Assembly: GCA_039621445.1 (NCBI GenBank)
Contig: CP154954.1
Location: forward strand, 3,105,715-3,169,714
Direction of reading: 5' to 3'
Source: Euglena gracilis
Lineage: Eukaryota
DNA: 64,000 nt
The position numbers and the translations under genes are program-made. Numbering within the stretch: the first letter of the stretch is position 1; each line of letters opens with the position of its first letter. Below are positions 25,433 to 63,300 of this stretch, one piece after another. Below the pieces are notes generated by a model. It was not told where the DNA came from, did no database searches, and worked only from the letters and a program-made list of their open reading frames with translations.

Positions 25433-26643
25433 AAAATCTGGGAAATGTCAAGAGATATGATTCAGCCTTCAGGACATTGGTGGGCCAATTGTTGCACAAA
25501 GGGGTGCCCCTGCAGGACTGCACAGTCCACAAGATGGCCGAGGCCATCCTTGATTTGGCTGTTCACAGCCTCAACACTGCACGAAATGCGTATGCAGCAG
25601 TGTTATTACTCCCAGGGTTTGGGTCGTTGAGGTTTTCCCCTCTTTTGTCTCCATTGAAAAGGAAATGGAATTCCAATGTCTGCAAGTATGCCCATTTCTG
25701 GGACCCCACTGATTTTCTAAACAACATCATCAGACAATCAAGACCCCTCTCAGAAATCTCGGTGAAAGAGCTCAGAAACAGACTCATCATTTGTTGGAGG
25801 CTTTTGGCCCTCCACAGGGGGGTTGATTTAGCCAGGACACAGCGAAAAATCAGTTTCGTGGGAGAAAAAATTTTCATTTTATTGCAAAGAAAAGGGTGGC
25901 AATTCCCAAGATGGGAGGAAGTTTTGAATTTGCCACACACCCCCCTCACAAGCCCATGGCATTTATTGAAAGAGTATGTGGAAAGGACAGCCCACATGGT
26001 TGGGCACAAGAATAATTTGTTATGGTCTTTGGATGGTAAACGACCTTTGACATCAGAAAGAGTGAATTCCCTTACCAAAGAAATTCTGCAAGAGGGGGGG
26101 GTGGACACCACCCACTGGAAACCCCACAGCACCAGAGGGGCTGGGGTTTTATGGTGGAAAAATGCTGGGTTGCAAGTGGAAGAAGTCCAGCAGCTGGGTC
26201 AGTGGAAAAATTTTGGGGCCTTCCAAGCTCATTATTTGAGGCTGGGTGTCGTTTCAAAAATTCAAACAATTATGGCCCAAAAAGGGGTGCACAGTACCTC
26301 ACCATCTCGCAGTGCGGAGCCCGAATGGTCTCGGACTCCCACGACAGAGGAAGGGGGAGGAAGGGACCAAGAGGGCGAAGCACAAGAAGATGGTGAGCCC
26401 AACCCCCCCACCCAAAAATCCAGCAGAAAAAGAAAAACATCCCAACCAGAAAAGGGACCCCCAACCAAGCAGCCCCAACCACCCACCCAGAAACACAGAA
26501 AGAGACCACCATCCCCATCAGGGGGGGGCCCCCCACCAAGCGACCATGGGAGAGGGGGGGGGGCGGGGCCACGGCGGTTCAGCTTCGCCAAGGTGTCGGA
26601 GGAGGCCTCATCATCGCCAACTCCGGCAACAAAGGCGCAGTAA
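25336..26643 (+). CDS. Tyrosine recombinase of element B
   Basis: Catalytic set R (HRGVDL), K (QRKG), HxxR (HSTRGAG), W (LGQWK), Y (AFQAHY). The ORF overlaps the MT frame and stops at TAA 26641-26643. The start is approximate. Confidence 0.9.
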   Translation, partial: DAPPKVEIGLLDCVRQILQSQEVSMSSIDTYIKNLGNVKRYDSAFRTLVGQLLHKGVPLQDCTVHKMAEAILDLAVHSLNTARNAYAAVLLLPGFGSLRFSPLLSPLKRKWNSNVCKYAHFWDPTDFLNNIIRQSRPLSEISVKELRNRLIICWRLLALHRGVDLARTQRKISFVGEKIFILLQRKGWQFPRWEEVLNLPHTPLTSPWHLLKEYVERTAHMVGHKNNLLWSLDGKRPLTSERVNSLTKEILQEGGVDTTHWKPHSTRGAGVLWWKNAGLQVEEVQQLGQWKNFGAFQAHYLRLGVVSKIQTIMAQKGVHSTSPSRSAEPEWSRTPTTEEGGGRDQEGEAQEDGEPNPPTQKSSRKRKTSQPEKGPPTKQPQPPTQKHRKRPPSPSGGGPPPSDHGRGGGAGPRRFSFAKVSEEASSSPTPATKAQ

Positions 26644-26800
26644 GAAGCACCCCCCGCGCACGCACAAACACACCAGAACAGAACAGCCGGCAAGGAAAGC
26701 AGGACCTCACCATCTTCTTGTGCTTCGCCCTCTTGGTCCCTTCCTCCCCCTGCCTCTGTCGTGGGAGTCCGAATAGGGTGCCTGCCCCTAGCAGGCACAC

Positions 26801-27376
26801 TCGTACTCCCTCGAGGAAAACCGACAAGGGAGGAAGGGACACCGAGGGCGAAGCACAAAGACCTTGTGAGGCCATGCCTTGCTCGCCGGCGGTGTTGTTT
26901 GGATTGTTTGCTGCGTTGGGTTAGGAGTCCCTGCTTAGTGCCTTTCTTCGCCGGAGTTGGCTGATTCCTAATCTTGCCCTTCGACACGGAAGAAGACAGA
27001 AACTTTCAAAGAACAGAGTTGGAAGAGATCAAAAGAACACAATATCAATATTCAGAACCTGTAGAACCTGCAGAATATCAAATTCAAGAAATTATTTCAA
27101 CTTTGACATTGGAAGTCAATGCAGAATGTGGAGAACGAAGTGGAATTATCAAGTCGACAACCTGGACAAAGTGCAGAACAAGAAGCGCCAGCTGGAGAAC
27201 TTGGAGATGCGGTTTCAACGTGGCGAACCGTGGCCATCACTTCCGCCAATCAGCCAACTCCGGCGAAGAAAGGCACTAAGCAGGGACTCCTAACCCAACG
27301 CAGCAAACAATCCAAACAACACCGCCGGCGAGCAAGGCATGGCCTCACAAGGGCAAAGTGCGGAGCCCGAGGTGTC
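26801..27376. mobile_element. 576-bp non-autonomous mini-DIRS (family 2)
   Basis: Perfect 105-bp inverted repeats at 26862-26966 and 27248-27352. Flanked by right- and left-extension sequences. The interior is the 5' UTR plus gag start. Confidence 0.88.
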
Positions 27377-27454
27377 CCCCCCCCCCGGGGGGGGATAGGG
27401 GTCCGGGCCGGACCCAGAAAATTTTCATTGAAAATGGCCGTTTCCGGGGTCTGA

Positions 27455-27615
27455 GGGGGGTGCCTGCTAGGGGCAGGCACCCCCTGAATGAGGGGGGTGC
27501 CTGCTAGGGGCAGGCACCCCCTGACACCCTACCCCCCCGGGGGGGGCGGGTCGGATCGGGTGCTATGGGGTGCCTGCCCCTAGCACCCACCCCCCCTCCC
27601 CCGTGGGGTAGGCAC
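27455..27615. repeat. Repeated hairpin motif gtgcctgc-N4/5-gcaggcac (also at 26775-26800)
   Basis: Two full copies and two partial copies here, plus one between element B and the mini-element. Confidence 0.75.
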
Positions 27616-29088
27616 CCGACTAAGCGCAAGCCTGATTCTGTTGCCCTTCGGCCAATATATTCCATTTACACCTTTGTGACCCCACCTCGGGGGTCACACA
27701 GTGGGTGGGCGAGCGGGGGTTCCGTCCTCAGGCGAGGGTCAGTTTTTGGCCTGGCCAGGACTGGGCCAGGAAAAGGTCCGCCAATTTTGGTTGGGTTTGG
27801 ATGGGTGGGTGGCCCAAACCATCGAGAAAGGGGGAGCAGTTACAAAGACGGGACTTCCGGATCTCGAAGCCCATTCTTCCCGAGCAGTGCAAATGCGCAA
27901 CCCAAAAGCAGAAATCATGGCGGGACACAACTGCTGGGAAGGGAAGGTTCCGCTGGGCTCCAAGGAGGCACAGCCACAATCTCGGCGAGGACGACGGTGA
28001 CGATGGCTCCACTGGGGGTCCGCAGGGCAGTCCCCGGCTCCAAGCAGGCCCTCGCCCATCAGCACCGGACAATTACCTCTGATTGGCCTCGGGGCGAGGC
28101 CAGAGGGCGGCACAGCACACGCACCCTTGATTGAGGGACGGGGTGAGAATTTGGGGCTTTCTGCGTGGCATTTGGTAAGTTGACCGTTCTGGTCGGTAAT
28201 GCGGGGTGACCCTGAACCACATTGCCGGTGCGGTGTTCACGTTGGGTTGGATGAGGGAGAGAAACACACGCAGGAAAAAAATGTTTCACCAAAATTCTGC
28301 ACACTGGGGGCAGAGCTGCCACAGAATTGCGTGCCTGTTTGTGCGAAACAGTCCTATTTGCGGGTTGCTCGATTTTCCAAAAAAAATACAAAAAAAACCA
28401 CCCATGGACCCCACCAAGCGAGAGATCAACTTTACAGAAAAATAAAATAGAATAAATAACCTGAAAAAATGAACCCGTTGCTCAACTTTTAACTGTCAAG
28501 CTGTCCCGTCAAGCTGTCCCATCTCACAGCTCGGGTTCCCCAAAATTGAAGCACCTGCCTGTGGTGATGCTCTCTGGAACTGTTATATGTACAGAGCAAA
28601 TTCGGAAAAAGAATGGTGCTAACCATGATGACAGAGCTGGAGGGGGGTTTGTTTGTTGTGTGACGGGAAACCGTGAACCAAATCGATTTTGCACACAAAT
28701 GGTACATCTCTCACCTCCTTGACCCTTCCTCTTCAGGGGATTCCGGGCACCGTTGTCTGGTTTTGGCCTCGCCCAGTCATGGAAACCAGAGCACCTAATG
28801 TGCCTCGGATGGGTTGAGGGTAATGAATATGGCTCAGCATGGCAAAAGAGGGATGCTGGGCAAGGCGGCTCATCGCTGGATCTTTCCTCGGAACACAATT
28901 GGAAAGAGGAAGGTGTGCGTGTCTGTGTGTGTGTGTGTGTGATAAATAAAAAAAACCCTTTCCATGCTCTAGCAAAGCCGAAGAAAAAAGGCAGAGCAAA
29001 ACCACCGAATCACCTGAGAATCACAAGAACATAAATATATAAGTCAAAAAAAACTTCTTATGCGAATAACAGTGTGCAAATCACCCCT

Positions 29089-29595
29089 GGTAAACCCCCC
29101 CAAATAGAAGAAACCCCTCGCTGCAAGAAACCCCCAAATGTAAGAAACCCTTTAGCCGATTTTCAGCCGACACCCAAATATAAAAAACCCCCGAATATAA
29201 GAAACCCCTGGGCTGTTGGATGCTAATCCATATATAAGAAACCCCTCATCCATTTTCATCACGAGTCACAGCAAATCTCAACGCGCGATCAACAAAAACA
29301 TGAAGCCGTCCAGTTTATTGCTTCTTTGCAATAAAGCAAGAGGTGCTTTTTGGGTGGAGGAGGTACAATGGACCCAAGAAGGTGACAAGTGGGAGAAGCA
29401 TGAATGTTGTTTTCTGGCCTTCACCTTTAATTACATGAAGGAACAGAAGGAAGAAAAACTTCCATTTACAAGAAACCCTTGGGTCCTGCCTTCGACACAA
29501 AAATATAAGAAACCCCCAAATATAAGAAACCCTTTGGGCCGATAGGCCGACACCCAAATACAAGAAACGGGTTTCTTACATTGGGGGGTTTTTAT
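29089..29595. mobile_element. MITE-like element with subterminal 'aatataagaaaccc' repeats
   Basis: The left end gtaaaccccccaaata is inverted relative to gggtttcttacattggggggttttta. The terminus resembles that of 60768-61163. Confidence 0.55.
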
Positions 29596-29660
29596 ATGCC
29601 TCGTAAGACACTTGCGCTCTGCCCTCACCCCTTCTCTGGTATACCGCTTACGACCCTGTG

Positions 29661-29915
29661 CAGGCTTCTTTTTAAGCCCGGGGGGGGGGAGGGGGGGGTC
29701 CCCCCCCACCCACCCAGGGTGGCGCGGGACCCCCCCCCTCAAAATCGGGCCCGTTAAAGGCAATTTTCAAAGATTTTCGGCGCTTCGGCGCTCCGGCGCG
29801 GGACCTCCCCCCCCCCCCCCCCCGGGGGGGGGGCCGGCCCGGCCCCACCCCCCCACCCCCCCCCCCTCCCCCCGGGGGGGGGGGGGTGGGGTCAGGTGAC
29901 TTAAAAAGAAGCCTG
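29661..29915. mobile_element. MITE / non-conventional-intron-like element, perfect 16-bp TIR
   Basis: caggcttctttttaag … cttaaaaagaagcctg. No TSD is retained. Confidence 0.8.
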
Positions 29916-31038
29916 AGGGAGCCTGAGCGAGAAAATGAAAATTGGAGCAACAAAACAGACACAAGAAAGTGAAAAAAAAATAAATAAAGACAGAAGGTCA
30001 AAACAACCAGTTGATTTGTTGCGGGGCTATGGACTGGGTAGCTCTGCCAACTTTTCCAACTTGGTCACTTTTGTTTTTCATGAGGGAAACAAGGTTCAGT
30101 CCGAATGCTTTTTGTGGCCACACAAGAAGTGGAAAATGATCCATGGGGTCCAAGGCGGGAAAGAACTGGGTGACTGGTTTTCGAAAAATGGCTGACGGGT
30201 TTTTTTGAAAGTGGAAAATGAACCCCCCCCTGGTGGTCGGCAAGCAATGGTCTGGTGGTGGTGCATGCCCCTGCCACCCAATAACAATATGGGGTGGTTA
30301 CCCAGTTTGATGGGGTTGTGACATTTTCTCTTGGACGGGATACGTTGATGTGGGAGGTGAGATTAGTTCATCCTTTCCTCCTCAGAGATTCACTCAGCGA
30401 ACCCCCCCCCCCCGGGGCACTTTCCACTTACCCCCTGGCACAAACCCCAAAACCCGACCACCCACGGGCCGTTGCCTCTCGCAACGCCCATTCGCGTTCA
30501 GCCACGGGCCGGGCTATAAGGGTACATTACTTGTCACGGACGATGGGGACTCTGCAACACCTTTGCGGTCCGTTTCAGCACACCCTCCGTGCGGCGGGGG
30601 CGGCCGATTGCTCAAAGTGCTGTGGGTCCCATCCGGGGAGAACACCTCCCAGCGATGTTTATTCATTCATTCATTCATTCATTATTCTGTGCGGCGCATT
30701 GTTCTGCGAACTCTGGATGGCAAAATTAGGGTTTTTGGTGGATCCTCTCCGGCCTGCCGTTGGGCTCATCGCAAGATCCAAACTTTTGGCATTTCTATGG
30801 TGGCAGGCGCGGCTCCAACCTGCTCCACCCCTGTATTGGCAACCGGTCGGGGAGGAAACGCGGCAGGCGACCTGCCCGGGCAATGTGGGGTCAGGGCTCA
30901 GAAGGAGGTTTCTGCCTTGTGGAACCGCTGGGGCCCGAAATGAGGGGGACAGGGCACTTCTGAAGGCCTTGGCCAAATGGTGTGGAACAAGCCGAGGCGG
31001 GCATGGGAATCACCGGAATCCCGGGAAACACCTGAGAA

Positions 31039-31449
31039 CAGGGTTCGATATAAGGACAGGTGGGGGGGGTGGTCCGGGCCCTCCCCCGCGGGCCCGGAGG
31101 GGAGGGGGGGGGGGGCGCGACTCTCCCCCCCACCTAAACAGTTGCGCGGTCTGGGTTACCGAAAAATTTTGACCCCCAAAACGACCAAAAGTGCCATTTT
31201 GGGCACTTTTTGGGCAAAAATGTGCCAAAAATGCAAAAAAAAATTTCGGCACGAAGCGCCGGGGGAAAAATTGACCCTTTTTGGGGGGGGGTCCCGGGAA
31301 CCCCCCCCCCCCCCCGAGGGTCGGGCCGGACCCCCTGGCAGGGGGGGGGGGGTGGTCCGGACCCCCCCCCCTGCGGGCCAGGTGGGCGGTGGGTTGGGGG
31401 GGGACACCCCCCACCTAAACCATGTACGCCCTCCTTATATCAAATCCTG
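31039..31449. mobile_element. hAT-like MITE, 18-bp TIR (16/18), 8-bp TSD (7/8)
   Basis: cctgagaa|cagggttcgatataagga … tccttatatcaaatcctg|cccgagaa. Confidence 0.8.
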
Positions 31450-33444
31450 CCCGAGAATGGCAACGGAAAACAAGCTGCCGCATTAAATTTCTCACTTAAG
31501 GTGAGAAACTTAAGTTTCTCATTTAAACTCTGTGATCTGTACCATACTTTCTGTATAGTACAGATCACATTTTGGCCACGGTCACTCCCCTGCCCCTCAC
31601 AAACACGCCGACCCCCCCCAAAGCTGAGGTTCCGCGAAATCAGCGGTATGCTCAGCCAGGAAGGCGAACAGCCAGGCTTTGCGACGTTGTGTGACCAGCG
31701 GAGCAGAGGGGCACGTAAGCGTTGTGGTGGTGGTGGTGGTGGAGTGCAGGCTGAGTTGGATCAACCCCGGGGGACAGGGCTTGGGCCGGAGTTTGCAGGC
31801 CGAAAAAAGGACGGAAAACATTCCTGTCAGCCTGTTCTGGGTTCCTGGCACCGTTGCCACTGGAGTTCCTTGGGCGTCGCGTGATCAGGCACTCCAGCAT
31901 TGACCATGTGCCACACCCCTCTGGGCGGGGTCGGCCCTGAAAACCCAGCCTGCCAAAAGGGGTACCGTACATGGTGTGTTGCTCAGTGTGTGTGTACGGG
32001 GAGGGGGGAGGGTCAGATGGCGGCCAAGCGCGGCCCGCGGCCCGGTAGGTGGCGTTGGTGGTCCATGCCTCCTGGGCACCGGGCTTGCCAGCCTGGCACA
32101 CTGGGCATTGACCACCACAATGCGCAACGCAATTGCCGTCCGTTTCTGGCGCCGAGGCTGAAGGCACGGAGGCCAACTTTGAATGTTACTAATACTCAGT
32201 AGGCCATGCACAAAGGCATAAAATTTGAAGGCCAAGGTTCCAGTTGCAAACATAAAGCCAATCTTGGGAGGGGGAGAACTTGCCCAGAAGCAGTGGGATG
32301 AGGCCCTGGGGGGATTGAAATGCCCCTCCACAATCTTCTAATTGACACTGAGGAGGCTGGTATTTCTATTTGTCAGAAACTGCAGACAACCCCCCCCCCC
32401 CAACCCCCGGCACTTTGTCGCGAAACGATATGGCAGCACAAGCGAAGAGGACAACTTCTCACTTGCCCAATTCGCCTGATGATTGAGGACGAGAGCCTCC
32501 AAAATGTTTTTCTGGCATCGCTCAGTGGCATTTCTCAATGAAGTGTCCCAGTGGTGGCACAGGCTGGCAGGGTAGCATCGGGAGAGAGAAGGGAAATGGT
32601 TAGGGGGTCGGATGCCAGACAGACGCTTATTGCCTTTGCATGGCGGCCGGGCCCAGGGGATTCGCACAGGGTTTCCAGGGCAGCCCCCGGCTCATCGGCT
32701 TCATCACACTCAGCGGGAAAAACTGATATCGGAGGCCTTCAGGAAAAATAACAAATTTTTTTAGAAATATTGCAACGAAAAATGCCGGAAACTGCAGGAA
32801 AATCGCGGGGGTCAATCCCCCCTGTTCCAGCTTAGGCTTTCAGCTTGTTGCATTTTGACCATCATTCACTAATCCAGAACATGCAATCAAATGATCACTG
32901 GCCACCCCCTCTCCTTTGGGGGGATGAATGGTTTTCAGGGCTGGCTTTGGTCCCCAACTCCCGGCCCCCGGGAGGATGATCAGCAAAAAAAACACAAAAA
33001 CGATGCCAAAAGCGCCAGAAAATTTTTGGACATTTTTTTCACGGTTGGATTCCAGAGTATCCGAACCCCCCCCTCCCCTGGAGTGATGATTAACTGTTTT
33101 TCGGAAAAGAAAAAAGGGACCACAAATCCAAGAAAGAGAAGAAGAATGACCCTTGGGGGTCGATAAAAAATTGTAGACTCCGAAGCCCATCGGCTTATGG
33201 CAGAACCTAAAAGGAAAAATGATAAAGATTTACATGCCAATATGCGTCCCCGTGAGCTTCAAGGAATTTCAAACAGACATCCTCTTAGTGTGCTCACAAA
33301 GGGGTTGGGGTGCACATTTGTTTTAAAACAAATTTATTTTGGTGAACACAGGTAAACACATAAAACTCCATTGCTGTAAACAAAAAAAAGATCTGAAAAG
33401 CGGACTGATATTTGACACCATGGCCACTGTTCCACCTGAAAACC

Positions 33445-33692
33445 CAGGGATTTCTTAAGGGAGTGGGTCCCCCTCCCACCCAGTGGCTACCCTCGACCCC
33501 CCAGGGGGAGGGTGGTGCGGAGGACCGACTTGGTGGTCAATTTTGGGGCCAAAAATTTTTCGGCACTTCGTGCCAAAAATGACAAATGGCCAAAACCCAG
33601 CCTCCAGCAAGGGACCCACAAGCGGCTTGGGGATCCCTTGGGGTGAGGGGGTCCAGCGACCTCCCTGGAGTCCGAACTTAAAAAAAGCCCTG
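33445..33692. mobile_element. MITE-like element of the CAGGG…CTTAAG family
   Basis: cagggatttcttaag … cttaaaaaaagccctg. No TSD is retained. Confidence 0.65.
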
Positions 33693-36505
33693 GCGCCATC
33701 CTAGGGCGGAAGAGAAAAAGGAAAGAGAGATATAATATTCACTTGCTGTGACGCCGCTGTTTTCTCAACACGTTTTGGTGAACGCCAAACATATCTGGCG
33801 AACATGGGTGAACAGAAAAACATTTTTTTTTGGTGAACAGAGGTGAACACAAATTTTTTTCTGGGTGAACATATGGTACACAAGAAATTTTTTTTGGCGA
33901 ACACACCATTGAATGCCTGATTTGAAGCCGCACCAGGTAGCTTTTGTCAATTCCCCCAGAATTCTTCCACCCACGACAGGATAGATGGGCAGGCACCAAC
34001 GGTAACTTCCCATTTGGTCTTTAATTGGCCTTGGTCGGCATTGGTTGGCAAAGAGTTGGTTGTGGGGGGTACGCCAACAAGAAAAACGAGGTCTAGGATC
34101 TGGTTCTCAATAATAAGGCAACCACACCCAAATCCACTTATCTCAAATCAACAGATCCAGTCAGGTGGCATTTTTCAGACAAAATTTGGAGGCGAAACCT
34201 CAAACAACTTAAACATACCATTTGTGCCTTTGCTGCAAAATGGCAAAAAAAAATTGCCCCGGCTGCACCAGGTTGCTGGGATGGCGGGCCCAAGGGAATG
34301 GTTAACCAGAGGTGCTTGGGGGCAGAGTTTTTTGACCCTTCCCAGGGGTCTGGGCAGACCCCCGGAGGTCCGCTGAAATGACTTCCAGTACATGCATCCA
34401 CTGCATCCATTCCATCCACTTTTATCCACTGTTGGTCACTTGACCACTCCCCAATGTTGGCCACTCTTGGCAACTTTTACCCAATTTCACCCACTTGGCG
34501 ACTTGGCGACTATTAGCATCTGACCACTGCAAAAAATTTTTTTTGCTAATTTTGGCCACCTTTGACTGCTTTTGGCGACTTTGAGGCCACTGTACTCGCG
34601 ACTTTCGCACGTCTGGCTGCTTCATAAGGCTCATTACCAACGAAATCATCGATTTGATGATGACAGACCCCACATCCATGGTTATCTGTAATGGAATGAA
34701 ACCTTACTTGTAGGTACCCATAATTATCCGTAATTATCCGTAGTTGGGGGGTTTCGGACTCATATGTCGTTTTTCGGAGTTATCCGGGATTATCCATCGC
34801 AGGATAAACATCAATCCCTGCTTTGTGTGTGTGCCAAGATCACACAAAAATGTCCCCCCATAACTAGTAACCTGTGTCTCCGACGGGGGGGGGTCGTTGG
34901 ATACAGGGTTGTGACCAGAAAGGTGTCCTCCAACCAGGGGGTGGTATATTGGATTAGACAAGTCCAAAAAAAATGGTCGGAGGGTGCCTCGAAAGCCCCC
35001 CAAAAGTAAATTTTTTTCTTCCAGCGCTGAGCCACAAGATTTTTGGGCAATTTTGACAAATTTTTCCCATGAAGTGTCAAAAAATGGCATTTGGACAAAT
35101 CTGTGGCCGGTTTTGGGCGCAAAATTCTTCAACACAGCGCGAAAAAAATCAAATCTGGCCAAACCTCAGAAAAATGTCCTCTGACTGCGGGGGTGGTTAT
35201 TGGATACCCTGGGGTCATTCAGACATAGGGAGTAATTTTCCATGATTTGTTTGGTACACCATTCCATTGACAGAGCGTATTGTTGACCTCAATGGGGCCT
35301 TTCTTGAACTTTGAGGGGTGCTGGAAGGATCTCAAATGATCTCCAGGGGGGTGGGGGGTCAGCCATTAAACTTTCCAGCTCAAGAAACATCCTGTCCTGG
35401 GGAGATAACGCCCTGTGTAGCACTGGCAGGTACCGTAAGGGGTGGCCCAAAAGAGCACTGTGGCAGTGACCCAAAACTTCAGCACCGCGAGTGACACCCC
35501 CAGATGAAAAAAAGATGGAAAAAGGTTTGGCACATCCAAAACGTTAATTTGGGGCCAAATTGGTTTCTTGTGATGCCATCTCCAAAAAGGAGCGTCGTAA
35601 TTCTGATCAGCTTGAGTGACAGGTCAGCAAATGCAATTTTTTTAAAAAAAAACACATTTCAATTTTTTTTTAAAGAATTAAAAACTTTTTGATTTTTTTT
35701 CAAAAAAATTAAAAACATGATGCCTCCAGGCAAAAAAAAAAGTTAACCATCCGAGCCACAGCCTGTGTCACCGCACGGAGGATGCGCCAACGTCTGCAGG
35801 TGCCGACTCAGAGGTTGGTCTTCACGTGAGGCACCATGTGGGTCAAAGACGAGCCCCCGCAGAAAGTCCCAGGTACCTTGACTGGTGGATTATGCTGGGG
35901 ACACTGATTCAATCGTTCAGTGTGGCAGCAAATAAACAAATGGCGACCAGTTCGGGGTCCTTGGCACCCTCCCATCCTTCCTTGAAAATTTGTCCACCCC
36001 CCTGGGAAGTTCTCGTGCCAGATTGGACCAAAGACCCTGACAGTTGCCTGAGGGGACTTTGACAGGCTCCCGGGCGTGACAGTTCCCTGGGGGGCAGCCC
36101 CCCTCACCCTGTCAGGGTCAATGAGAATCCTGGTCCTGGGGTGGGCCTGAGTTTTTTTTTTTCAGGGGGGGTTTTGGCCGGAAAAATAAGCCCCATATTC
36201 CTGCTGGACCAGAATCTCATTCAATGGAGGTTTGCCCTGTTTCGTCTAGACTCTTTTTGCCACTTCAGTCAACTTTTTGCAACAATCCAGTCAACTACTT
36301 TACACACAAATCATTAAGTTTATTGTGAAAAACTGCTGAATAGCTGGGAAACGACATCCACCCCCAAATACGGGAAAAATGTGGTTGGCACGGGGGGGGG
36401 GTCATGGACACGCCGTGTCATGTGCACTGTACCACAAAGAATATGGCATTTTGGGTCCAGGAAAAATGCAGTTGACATGGGGACCCTCATAAACCCCAGA
36501 CACCC

Positions 36506-63200
<26,695 letters not shown>

Positions 63201-63239
63201 GGCCCGCCCACCCCTGACCGGGGAGTCGGGCACGTGACG

Positions 63240-63300
63240 CTGTGGGACGGGCGCAGCGAGGGGGAGTGCAACAGCGAGATTTGGGGGATTTGGGGAATGA
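63240..63300 (-). promoter_or_regulatory. Putative SL trans-splice acceptor / pyrimidine tract
   Basis: C-rich tract ending cccaCAG, 39 nt upstream of ATG 63200. Confidence 0.4.

Larger units (their letters stand above)
18364..26772 (+). mobile_element. Near-complete DIRS-type YR retrotransposon B (family 1)
   Basis: ITRs ~18385-18484 and 26616-26715. ICR 26296-26397 is complementary to the left end (35/35 nt) and to the right extension (66/67 nt). Domain order is gag, RT/RH, MT, YR. Confidence 0.93.

Noticed and set aside
24535-26643. 702-aa ORF read as an RNase H-YR fusion protein
   Set aside because: A chimera created by a frameshift near 25008. The MT domain lies in another frame and YR is a separate overlapping ORF.
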